From: Vicugna vicugna | Lineage: Eukaryota | DNA length: 64,000 nucleotides | Direction of reading: 5' to 3' | Assembly: GCA_013265495.1 (NCBI GenBank) | Contig: MU058781.1 | Coordinates: 3,225,050-3,289,049 of the forward strand | In this document: positions 36,754 through 47,827 of the stretch, piece after piece | How the letters are laid out: every line of letters begins with the position of its first letter | How positions within the stretch are numbered: the first letter of the stretch is position 1 | The notes under the pieces: generated by a model | Told to the model about the DNA's origin: nothing | Database searches by the model: none | What the model saw: only the letters and a program-made list of their open reading frames with translations | Program-made: the position numbers and the translations under genes

Positions 36754-39590
36754 GAAGAAGTTGTCTCTTTAATTCATTTTCTGAAGAATGAGATGGGGTG
36801 CCACTTTGGGAATTTTTTTATCATAAATGAGAGGATTAAGATGAAGAATGCATAAGACTTGGTCGTTGTATACAGAAAGTGAGGATTATAGATAACTCAG
36901 AGGGCTCTAGTCCAGGTGACTGGGAGGAATGGAGGACCTGGGAGGCAGCAACAGTTTACACAAGGAGACAGTGAGAATGGTTTGAGTTCAGACTGTTGAA
37001 TTTCAGAATATGACTACCTTGCAGATCAGCTTGGTTCATGCCCCTTCCATGACACCACAGCTTTGTGATAGCTCAGGTAAGCGCGATCGAGTCTTTCTCA
37101 AGGATGCTCTGACATGTTCTGAAATGTGGTTTCTACCATAGAAAGACAATCTCTTCCTTTTCTTGATTCAGACGCCATCTCTCAAGAAAAATTTGGCAGC
37201 CTGAAAAGTGAAATTCAATAAATAGTGTGCCCTCACTTTAGGGATGTGTTCTCTTGTTTCCAGTCTTTTCTCTTTTTTCTTACTTTGGTTTGAAATCTTT
37301 GTTTCCTGATCCTCCATGTCATGCTTGAGCCCTAGGTAAACCAGGATGTTCATGAAGAATTATTCTAATTCATAAAACTACCATCACCGAAGATTTCAGC
37401 CCAGGTAACACTGACAGGTGATTAGTGGGCGAGTACCATTAGCCTAGGTTTGAAGATGATTTTATTGACTCTTTCCTTCATTTCTCCAACAATTGGTGAT
37501 CTGAACAGTTCTGGGCAGTCTCTTCATGTTATGAAACTTATGCTTGTAATTATAATTAACACCCAAAACTATACATTTATAGGTAATGGACCCATTTCTT
37601 TCTGGGTTACTGATTTTTCCCCTCTTTTATACAATTTTGAGCTAAGGTCATTTTAGAGAACACAGCAGCACACTGCTCATCTCTCTTAGCAAACAACAGT
37701 GTCTCAGGTGAAGGCACAAATGCCTGCTACATTAGCTTAGCTATCCCATTTCTTTCTTGACTTGGCGGAATGCCACCATACACTACAAAGTGTTCTATAC
37801 ATTTCCACTCCCTTTTCTTGTTAGTTGCAAATATTTATTCATAGGAAGATTGCTCAGCTCTCTTTTAATTCCAATATTATTTGTGGAAATATCCGTGTCT
37901 CTCCTTATTTACATGTTAAAAACTGAGGGAAAATTTAAACAGAAAGCATTTCCTGTGATTATTATGTGTTTCCTGTATTAACTCTCATGCTTAAAAGCGC
38001 AGTAACAGAAATGACAGAGCCTGTCTCTGGTAGAGAGTAAACCTAAGATCAAAGCAAGGTCAGCGATCAGTTGATCATATACAGCTATAGAAACCTGAGC
38101 TTAGTTTTTACAATGCCTGCCTTGAGAGTTCACTCTAAATAAATTTCGTCATGGGCAGTAGTTCCCAAACTGTGTATAAAATGTTCTGAACAACTTAAGT
38201 TGACTTAATATACACCATTTAGGAAAAATGAGTGGATCCTAATATACAAAAACGCTAGTATGCCCTGTGTGGGTTCATGAACGTTTTAGCAGGAAAGCTT
38301 TGTAGGTCATGCTTGTAATTCGTATCCATTAATACCTTTGGACATGTCTGAAAACTTTGGAACATTGGATGTAGACTGTTAAGCAGCGTCTACACCATTT
38401 GTAAGCAAAGCAGGAGTGTTTTAAGGTAAAGTTAAGATTAGGATTTAGAAGAGTAAAAGCTTTCTTTGCCTTTTAAGGCATTGATAAATGTAGGGGGCAC
38501 CAGCCTGGGAAGGCATGGTTATTTTCTTGAAATCAAGGAGCCTTAATCTGGGGCCTCCAGGTCTCCTCTGACATCCTGTCAGTTTTGGAAAAGGTAGAGA
38601 AAGGGAGTCTGGAAAAAAATTCACATAGTTAAAATTTTTGCACAATTGATTTTAAATAGTTTCTGCACAGGAAGTTTGGTAAAATATAAAAATACGTTGA
38701 TTTAATATCCATAGGTTCTGAATGTTTCCTTCATTTTTTATCATGACTCATGTTTTCTAAACATTGATCATATTTGTCAAGGTTTAATAATTCTGTTTTT
38801 TTCACCTGCTGAATTTCAAGGAAAAAAGACATGATTTTAAGTGGTTTTAGAAATACATTACTTACAGATTGGGGAATGAAAGGATGTTCATTTCAGTAAT
38901 TTTTTTAATCCATAAAATTGAGAGGCAGATTTACTTCCAGTGTAAATGGGTAGACCCTAACGAATATAACAGGTTTGCCCTTCATCTTTAAGGAAGTCCT
39001 CCAGGAATTTCTTCCCAGACTGGCTTGGAAAGATATTTTTACTCCACTACAGCATCTTTCCTAAGTGCACATTTCTGGACAGCAGCATGATATAGCGGAG
39101 AGTGACTGGTCTCTGAATGGGAAATCTGCATTCGTTTCAAATCTGGGCTCTGCCTTGTCCACATTTGACAGTTTTGGGCAACTTCTTTCATCTTTTTTGC
39201 CTCTTCCTTGTTAGATGTTGGTCAGAACACCTCAACTCTTGGAATGGTGAGAATTCAATGCTAATTTTTTTAGTTAAAAATATAAAATAGATATAAAATA
39301 GATAATATTTAATTTTAATATGTATTTGATATATTTGTTATTCTGTATTTTATAAATAATGTATACATTAAAATCCTTAATATATTCATTAACAAAAAGC
39401 CCAGCAGAGTTTCCCAAACACACTAGAAGCTCACCAAGGGATATGTTCCTCCCTGCAATAAGCTCTCTTCCCCTGCAAACTCATCACTGTGACCCTTTGA
39501 GCATGGGTTTTAGAGAATAGCTTTACCTATATATACAGGTGTGTATCTATTCCTCTAATTAATATGCTCTCTCCTTAGACTCTTCTTAGC

Positions 39591-39711
39591 CTTTTTTTTT
39601 TAAGATTTTTTTTGTGGGGGGTAGTTATTTTTTTAATGGAGTTACTGGGGATTGAACCCAGGACCTTGTGCATGCTACGCAGACTCTCTACCACTGAGCT
39701 ATACCCTACCC
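39591..39711 (-). mobile_element. tRNA-derived SINE of camelid type with TSD
   Basis: Reverse complement reads GGGTAGGGTATAGCTCAGTGGTAGAGAG...GGTCCTGGGTTCAATCCCCAGTA plus an A-rich tail. TSD CTCTTCTTAGC at 39580-39590 and 39712-39722. Confidence 0.9.
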
Positions 39712-42700
39712 CTCTTCTTAGCTTTTTAATTTACCCTTCCATTCCTATAAATAACATTTCCTTTTACATGTAAGATGGCAACAAACTGTTGTTACAGTAC
39801 TTTGTGTGAATATCTGTATCCTAGAGGAAGAAGCTCTACTGACATAAAATGAATACAAATAAATATAATTCCTCTTCAACACAGCTTCTCTCTTATAAAC
39901 TGTTTTGGAGGCTCACCAGATCACAGGATCAGTACATCTTGGCTTGTTAGAGCAGAGATGTTCCTTTGATCATTCACTTCACAAGTCTTAGTGCCTACCG
40001 TTTCCCTCAGTGAATTAGACCATCTGATTTTCCACGAAGAATAATTTGCATGGCACACTTTATACACTGGTGATACCCACTTAAAAGCTCCTCATAGCCG
40101 GCTGCTCACAGCTACCCCCACACACTCAGTTATGTTTAATGTGTAACTGAAGTTCTCCCATTTGGAAAAAGGGCCAATCTGCATTTCTTGCCAATGTTAC
40201 ATTATCCTATTACCTTGTCCCTGCACCTGCTTTGTACAAACACAATTGTGATTCGGTCCCCATGGCCAATACTCATTAGCTGATCGTGAGCTTTTGTTAA
40301 ACAGCCCTGAGGGGCTCGCCACACTGTTGATACAATCTGGCCCCAAAGGATGACAGTATCAACTGTGGTCTGTTTTCAAGACTGAAAGGGCACGAATCTG
40401 CCGATAGAGATGCTAGGTGAGAACCTGTGTGTCCTGTTTTAGCCCTGTTCTCTTCACCACCAGCAGTGACACTCTGCGTGGCAGGCGAGGTTTCTGTGTC
40501 CCGTGCCCGTTGTCCCATAACCTTTCTTGATTGTGTTTCACGATGCCACATGCTTCTGCCCTAAAATAGTGCTGAGGGTCCTCTGAAGAAAATGTACCTG
40601 GGAATGGTTGGAGAAGGAACGGTGTGCTTTGCTGTTAAACATACATTGGCTCGGATTTCTGCTTGGCCAAACGCGAACTGTGTAACCTGGGGGATTATTT
40701 AATTGTACTGAGCCTCTGTTTCCTGAAGCATAAAATGGAAATAATAATTCCATCTTACGGTTTTGGTGTGAGGAGTGAATTGTTGTGTGAGCCTTGATAG
40801 GCTTGATTAATCGTCAGTAAAAACAACTCCAAAATTTCAGTAGCTTAGAGCAACACAAGTTTGTTTCTCACACCGCAGGACGCTTGTGTGTCAGCAGGGA
40901 GGGTCAGCTCACTCAGAACCCCCAAGGAAGCAGCAGCCACCACCTTGAACTTCAGCTCATCATGACACAGGTCAGAAAGGGTCACCTGGTTTCACCCACC
41001 CTTAAGGGGACCTAGGTATACAGACTGCAGTCCTACCATGTACCTGAAGGTAGTAAATCAGAAATATTCGGAGAACAATTTTAATGCCTACAATATTTGT
41101 TTTACAAAAATTACATAATATTGTAGTCAGTTTTTTGACTGTTAATTTTCTCATAGGAATGCGCTATGGAAATCCTTCCGAGCCAATTTGTTTAGATACA
41201 ACTCGTTATTTTTAGTGGCATCATAATATAAATATACTATAATTTATGTGGCCATTTCTTTATTGGTGAACTTTATTTTATTGCAGTGTAAACAGCCTAT
41301 GTTATAGATTTACAACATCTTTCTGTTTTGATGCTTTCATTTCTATAAGATAAATATTCCAGAAGTGTCAAAATCTGCCAAGATTAACCTGTTTCAAAAA
41401 AGAAAACATAAGGCTATATTTATAAAGCTGTAATTCTCAGTTTAAATTGGATTTATAATTTGGAGGAAAATGTAAAGAAACTTAATAGTTCAGAACAACA
41501 GATGTCTCACTAATCTTTAACAATCCACAACCTCTACTTAACTTCTCTTCCATGTTTTCCTGGATATAAGCAGAAATATTTGATGTCTAATTTTTAAATT
41601 TAGACTGAGAGCCCTCCTTGGATATTGGCAGTATGGACTTTAAAGATGCTTGACATAAGAAGACTTTGTGGAAATTTTCCTACCAGACCTGCCTTCTTTC
41701 CATCACAGTCATAAAACTTCTGTTCACTCTGAAAGCATGGCCTGTGATGGAGATGATCTTCCTATTTGGACTAAAGAACTAGACCACTCCAGTCCTCTTC
41801 CTGTCCATGGCAAGGCAGAAAAAGAAAGAAACATCCCAAAATAACACTGCAATCAAGAAACTACAGGAGTTTACTCCTGATGGTTTCCCCTCAGTCACCT
41901 CTTTCTCCACCTGTTTTGTAATCTCAGTGCTTCCAATCTTCCCTTCTCATCAGGTTACTATCTACTAAATGTTTGCAGAACAATTTGCACAGAACAGTCC
42001 CTTAGTAAGCATAATTATCATGAGCCTAGAAGTAAAATTGCTTCCTATTCAAAGTTTTAGGAGGAAAAAAAAAGCAAACCCTTAGCAAAAATTTTAAAAA
42101 TCCACCAAAATACAACCAAAAAACTGCTCACATCATTCAGATGCCTCAAACATTTAAAAACAGAGACATGAAATTGTTTCTTCAAACCTATAGTCTGCTG
42201 ACCTCTCCCTGCCTCTTACAACAAAACCCTTCCAGGTTGAATTAAGAAATCATAAGGGAAAAGCTAAGACCAAAAGAACTTTTGCTGTAGGTTCTAAAAC
42301 TCAGTTGGAAGAAAAACACTGTGGTAGAAAGCCCTTCTTTTAAAGGGAGAATCGAGGTTTGCCAATAGTACAGCTGGTTTCTAACCTTTATCTTCAGCAG
42401 TAACATTCAAAGTATTTAATAACTAAACTTGGAAGAGTCAGAAAGACCTATTAGAACAGGTACCAGCCACAAACAATCCATACAGCTGTACCAATGCACG
42501 AGGGCTGATTACGAGCTCTGCTTATACGTCACCAAATTGCCTAAAGAATTTTCACCAGCCTCCCACAGCCAGCTCTGATCATGTCTCCTTGCTCAGAATA
42601 TAAATGCATTATACTAACTATAAAAAAGCTTGGAAGCTGTAACCCCTTCTTAATGACAGCCTACTTCCATTCCATTTCATATTTCCATTCCAGCATCTGC

Positions 42701-42867
42701 AAAAATAAAAGCAAAACACCAAACACAAAAACAATACGCACACACACACAACACGCACACAGAAGTAGCAGTAGTGGAGCACAATTCTGTGTCCGTGAAC
42801 CGTTTGGCAGTAATTTTTAATGCAGTTTTTAGATTTGTACTTTGTAGAGTAGCTTACAGTTCTGGTT

Positions 42868-42908
42868 TTTAACATATTACATTTAGAATTTAACATATTA
42901 CATTTAGA
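42868..42908. repeat. Perfect tandem duplication of a 20-mer (period 21)
   Basis: TTTAACATATTACATTTAGA at 42868-42887 and 42889-42908. Confidence 0.95.
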
Positions 42909-42976
42909 TCAAACTTAGGAAAAAATAGATGCTCTTCTTATCTGAGATATGTAACATATTGTTAATAGTTAGGGAG

Positions 42977-43415
42977 TGTATTAGTTTTCCATGGCTGCTG
43001 TAACAAATTGCCACAAAATTGGTGGCTTAAAGCAACAGACATTTATCCTCTCATGGTTCTGGAGACCAGAAGTCCAAATTTAAGGTGTCAGCAGAGCCGT
43101 GATCCCTCCAGAGGCTCTTGAAGGAGATCCCATTCCTTGTCTTCTGGCTTCTGGTGACTGTTGGCATTCCTTGTGACTGCTTCGCTCCACTCTCTGCCTG
43201 TCTTCACATTGCCTTCTCTCCTGCCTGTGTCTTCTCCTCTCTGTATCTCTCCTCTGTGTCTTTTCTAAGGACACTTGTCATTGGGCTTAGAGTCCCCCCA
43301 GATAATCTAGGAAGACCTCCTTCCTGTGAGATCCTTAACTTAATTACATCTGCAAAGAACCTTTTTTTCCAAAGAAAGTCTTACTCATGGGTTCCAGGGA
43401 TTTGACATAGACCTA
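42977..43415 (-). mobile_element. MaLR solo LTR (MLT1C-like)
   Basis: TGTATTAGTTTTCCATGGCTGCTGTAACAAATTGCCACAAA...AAGGACACTTGTCATTGG...ATCCTTAACTTAATTACATCTGCAAAG. Confidence 0.88.
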
Positions 43416-44302
43416 CAGTGGGAGGTTAGGGGCAAGAAAGGAGGTGGACAGAAGCAGGAAGAATATGCAATGGATAGCTTGAGAAGAAAAAATTTTTTTC
43501 TTCTCTTACATCAAATACGTGTAGTGATATTTCTCTAAGTACATCTCTCGTTGAATGCTTCCACTGCTTGCTTTGTATTGACATTACTATTTTGTATTTT
43601 GACTCTATCTTTTTCATAAGAGTTAAAGCATTATATGAGCATTTCCAAATTTGTACCCTTAACTTTGATTTTGACTTCCTTTAAGCCTAAGAACTATTGA
43701 GCATTAAAAGTAGGGTGGGGCATAGAGAAACAGAAAGCAGAGCAAACCTCCGGTCCAAGTTGATCGCACACTGTTTGTCACATTCAGACTTGGGGAGTTT
43801 CAGTGTCTGCGGTTGCCTTCCTGTCATCTTAATGGTGGTGTCTTCTGGAAAGCTCAGTTTTCACACCTTGCCTTGCTGGGTGTAACTCTCCTGCAGGACT
43901 AATGACTCCCCCCACCACTGCCCCCACCATGAACCCCTTCTAGCCTACAAGCTTGCCTTCTGCTCACTGCCACCACTACTGCCACCACCCCTCTACTGCA
44001 GATCAACTTGCCCAGGGAAATTGTCCTTCATCAGCTCCATCTCTTCTGCATTAATCACTGCAGAACTCCCTTTACACACGACTCCAACTCAGACAGTAAA
44101 TGCATATTTCTCCAGGGCTGCTCCTAGTTATAAATTTGCACACGTATTTTCAGCAGAGTGTGTTTTGTTATAGGTCCTTTCATTGAGTGCATACCCTTTC
44201 CTATTAAATTTTAAGCTCTATGATATCAGGGGTCCCATCTGGTATTTTCTATGGGACAAACAAAATGTGGGCAATTAATACTATTTCCAGGCTGATTCCT
44301 AG

Positions 44303-44462
44303 CAAGTGCTTCTCAAAACTTAATATGCCTCTGAATCACCAGGAGTTCTTGTTAATCTACAAATTCTGCGGTAGAGTTTGAAAAGCTGCATTTCTTCTTT
44401 CCCATTTAGATCATCTGGGTAAAAATCCCATGCAAGTTTCATAGCCTTGCATTGAGAACCAG
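44303..44462. mobile_element. MER5-like hAT MITE
   Basis: AGTGCTTCTCAAAACTTAATATGCCTCTGAATCACCAGGAGTTCTTGTTAA...TTGAGAACCA. Confidence 0.7.
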
Positions 44463-45001
44463 AACCCCTGATGTAAGTGATAGAGTGCTCTGGACTCTCC
44501 GTCCCTTCAGTGTTTCCCTCCTTTTTCTTAAAAGTGAAAAAAAATCCCACAATACTATATGTTTTTGTAGGAATGCTGCAAGATGACCATTTTCTCCCAT
44601 TATTATTGCAGGGAGATGATTATCAATGGCTGAGCCATAATTACAAGGATCACAGTTAAGCACAGATTTGTCTTACGGGATGGAGCAGACACAGACTCTG
44701 TATAGGACACGTCTTGGCACCAGGAGCTACAGGGACATTAGAGTAATGGGTATTGGAAGAAGGCTTCGGTGAGGTAGCGTTCAGGGCACAGAGCAGGGTC
44801 AAGAAAAAACACGAGACCTGTGTGCACCCCTGTTCTGACGGCTGCTGAGGGTCCAAGAAAAGGGGGTGTCAGAAGCCACCAGACACAGCCATCTTCTTCC
44901 AAAATGCTGCCCGCACTAAGTTATCGTCCATCCTGGCCCCCTCTCCACCCACCTGCCCTTGTTACAACAGAAGACTGCTTCTCAGCTTCCAAATTCAGCC
45001 A

Positions 45002-45034
45002 GGGGTGTAGCTCAGTGGTAGGTGTTTGGCTGCA
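45002..45034 (+). pseudogene. 5' half-tRNA-like fragment (Cys-GCA or Ala-like)
   Basis: GGGGTGTAGCTCAGTGGTAG-GTGTTTGGCTGCA resembles a tRNA 5' half ending at the anticodon. No B box or 3' half. Confidence 0.45.
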
Positions 45035-45045
45035 TCTTCTAAGGG

Positions 45046-45230
45046 CAGCAAGGCCTAATAGCGCTTTCAGCAATGACAGTGGAAACGTTCTGCCACCTGC
45101 CCTGTCTGACACAGTAGCCACCACGTACATGTGACTCTGTGGCTGGTGCAACTGAGGCACTGAAATTTAATTTCATTTAATTTGCATTAACTTAAAGTAA
45201 ATAGCCACATGTGGCTGGTATCCTGGCCGA
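45046..45230. mobile_element. MER3-like hAT-Charlie MITE
   Basis: GGAAACGTTCTG...CAGTAGCCAC...CAACTGAGGCACTGAAATTTAATTTCATTTAATTT...AAATAGCCACATGTGGCTGGT. Confidence 0.8.
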
Positions 45231-47401
45231 CACATTCAGAAGCTGCAAACTCAGGGAAGACTGTTTAGGAAGATGAACCACCAAACAAGAGAACAGCTCT
45301 CTGAGCTACGCATTAGGCTTCTATACACTGAACTTGAATAAAGAGCTCCCACAGCTGCGGGGCATCCCTGTTAATATTTGAGACTCAGCTGACGGCCGTG
45401 TCAGTGTTCTCTATGCTACAACGTCATGTGGCCAACTAAAATAGAGACACCTGAGCTCTTAGGTCTGGTTTAGTATTCAGCCAGTGAAAAAAGGTTGCTG
45501 CAGGCTCTGTTGTTTTGACAAGACCATGCAGGGTGTATGCAGGTCTGCTGTTCTGATCTGTGGGCAGAGGGTAAGGTGGAAAAGGTTTGCAATTTTTCAG
45601 AAATTCATTTAAGAAAAAAAAATTTTTTTTCCTTTTCAGAAGATAGTTAGGTGGTGATACAGTTTGGGAGAGGGATCTAGGATTTGAAAAAGAGAATAAC
45701 AAATACTTGCCCTAACACAGAGCAATAAATTCCCCCTAACACTCCACTAGCAGAACCAATGAATCCTTGGCCATCTCCAAGATAAGGCTTATGATTAGTC
45801 AGGGACCAAGTGAATCTGACATGAGCAGAAGCAGTGAGATTTACTATGGTTTGGCTGGTCATCCAGGTGAGAAGGGAGGGGGTCCCTGAAGGCCCCCGAT
45901 GGGCATGGGGAAAGAGACTTGGTTGTGATGTAATTAAAGAGAGCACAACTCCAACGCTAGGATTCCCTGACATCTCCTTCTAGAGCAGGCCATGGCAGCT
46001 GGACACCTGGCATTCCTCACTACAGAATGCAAATGAAGCTCAAAATGTGCTGATTTAGGCAGAATGCTTTGCAGATGAGAAGTGATATAAATGAGCAAGT
46101 GGGAGAATTGGGGTGATCAGAAGCACATGGTAACACAGTAATTTAAGATCCCCAGTAGGTAGTTGAGTCTTTTCCATAGAAGGTGAGCTGGACATGTAGA
46201 GTTTGCCCAGGAGGAGGAGAGAGCAACGGTGGAAATGTCAGCCACGGGGTATTATGTGAAATAAATTCACTTTGTAAAAGTTCCTGGAAACAATCGGTGG
46301 TGATAGTGCATCCTTTAATAGAAAATGTTTCAGGAAAAGAGGACAAAGGTTGTGGCTCACAGAGAATGGGGTGCTGAGGGAATAATAGAGTTTGGAGTCA
46401 GACCAGTTAAACCCGGCTGTAAACACCTCTTTCCCCACTTACGCCTTACATCAAGATCACCTGGGGAGCTTGTTAAAACTACAGATTCCTGGGCCCTATC
46501 CTGACCTACTAAACCAGAATCTCAGGGCGGGGGTGGGGGGGGACGCAAAAGTCTGTTTTCAGAATAAGCACATAAGGCAGTTGTGTTATGAGGCTTCTCA
46601 AAGCCTTAGCTCTCTAAAAGGTGACGCAGTATTCACAATACCGGAGTCAGGATTATTATGTAGATACAGTATCTTTTTGAAAAAAAAAAGTAGAACAAAC
46701 AATGGCATGGTAATTTATAGTTGCTTTTATTACTAAGCCATGGATTTGCAATCTTAAAGACACTGTTCTTTAGAAATCTCGATTGATGTAATTGGCCTTG
46801 CTAAAATAAATCTTATTCACTGTGCTAAAACAGCTGGGGAAGCTTCAGCCAAATTAGCTGGGATCCCAAAGTTGCAAGTGGTCGTTTCTGAGGATTGATA
46901 AAAGTAGCCTTTTTTGTTCCTGTTCGCTCTAAGTTTTACTGACACTGGTGTAAGGCCCCCTTCAGGCCGGGGAATTTCTACTGAACGTGAAAACATCAAT
47001 TATGTTGTAACAGGTTGTCAACTCCAGTTAAAGTCAGGGCTGTGGGTTGGATTCACCGGAGAACAGTACTTTGTTCTGGCCCCGGAGAGGCGCTTGCACC
47101 CCGAGAGCTCCCAGAGCAGCCACCTTCTGTGGGGTACATCTCGCTTTCAATTGGCAGCGTGAGGCTTCAGGAAAAGGGGGAGGGGGAGGCTGGCGTCTCT
47201 GGAGCTCGAGAGAGTGAGGGTAGCTGCAAAACCGGCGGCTCGAATCGCTGGTGCTGACACGTACGGAGGGGTGGGGCTGCCAGGGGAGGATGCGCACGTG
47301 AGGCCGCGCCAGGGGTGGGCGTGGAGCGGCTCAGGTGGGACCGAGGAGCGCCTTCCGGAAACCCTCCTCCGGCCGCGGGATCCGGATTGGCTCCGGCGGG
47401 G

Positions 47402-47416
47402 AGGTCAGCGAGGTCA
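47402..47416 (+). promoter_or_regulatory. Perfect DR3 nuclear-receptor element AGGTCA-GCG-AGGTCA (VDR/RXR-type consensus)
   Basis: Two exact AGGTCA half-sites 3 nt apart, ~160-175 bp upstream of the ATG. Function is untested. Confidence 0.55.
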
Positions 47417-47577
47417 AGACCCCTTCTGCGCCTTCCCCTGACCCGCCCCGCCGCGGTCGCGTGGCTGGAGAGACGCGGGTGCGGGGCGTGGCGGGGGCAT
47501 GCTGGCCAGGCGGCGGGGCCCGAGCGGCAGCGCGGGGCGCCCGGAGCAGCGCCCGGCCCGGGGCGCCCGGGGGCCGG

Positions 47578-47827
47578 ATGGCGGAGCCCACGCGCGCCGC
47601 GGAGCCGGGGAGGTTTGCGCTCCGCTCGCGGTGCTGCAGGGAGGGCGCGGTGCCAGGCGCGAGCGCCCAGAGACCCAAAAAGAAAGCTTTTTATTTGCTG
47701 AGGATGAAGCCCCTGAAGGAGCCCGCCCCCAACAACAACAACGTGTCCTTTGTGATCCACTGTCAACTAGGCAAGGAGATCAAACACATTTGCAGCAACT
47801 GCAGTCGGGGGGAGGACGCCCGGGACG
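47578..47827 (+). CDS. PHACTR1: First coding exon (83 codons + 1 nt, phase 1), MAEPTRAAEPGRFALRSRCCREGAVPGASAQRPKKKAFYLLRMKPLKEPAPNNNNVSFVIHCQLGKEIKHICSNCSRGEDARD; tentatively an alternative N-terminus of phosphatase and actin regulator 1
   Basis: ATG in a CpG island, protein-like composition in the 3' half, and a perfect donor G|GTAAGT at 47828. The exon call is stronger than the gene name. The name rests on my recall of PHACTR1 alternative N-termini and on phase-1 compatibility with the shared exon starting A-E-E-V-E-R, which is not in this window. Confidence 0.6.

Noticed and set aside
45436..45444. MEF2-like CTAAAATAG (also at 40561)
   Set aside because: One base short of the CTA(A/T)4TAG consensus.
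46969..46979. NF-kB-like site GGGGAATTTCT upstream of the CpG island
   Set aside because: It lacks the terminal CC of the consensus, and a single imperfect 10-mer is not significant without conservation data.
47167..47766. 199-aa minus-strand ORF and other overlapping GC-rich ORFs in the CpG island
   Set aside because: Stop codons are scarce in very GC-rich DNA. The products are low-complexity Ala/Arg/Pro/Gly and lack splice support. The + frame with the consensus donor explains the region.
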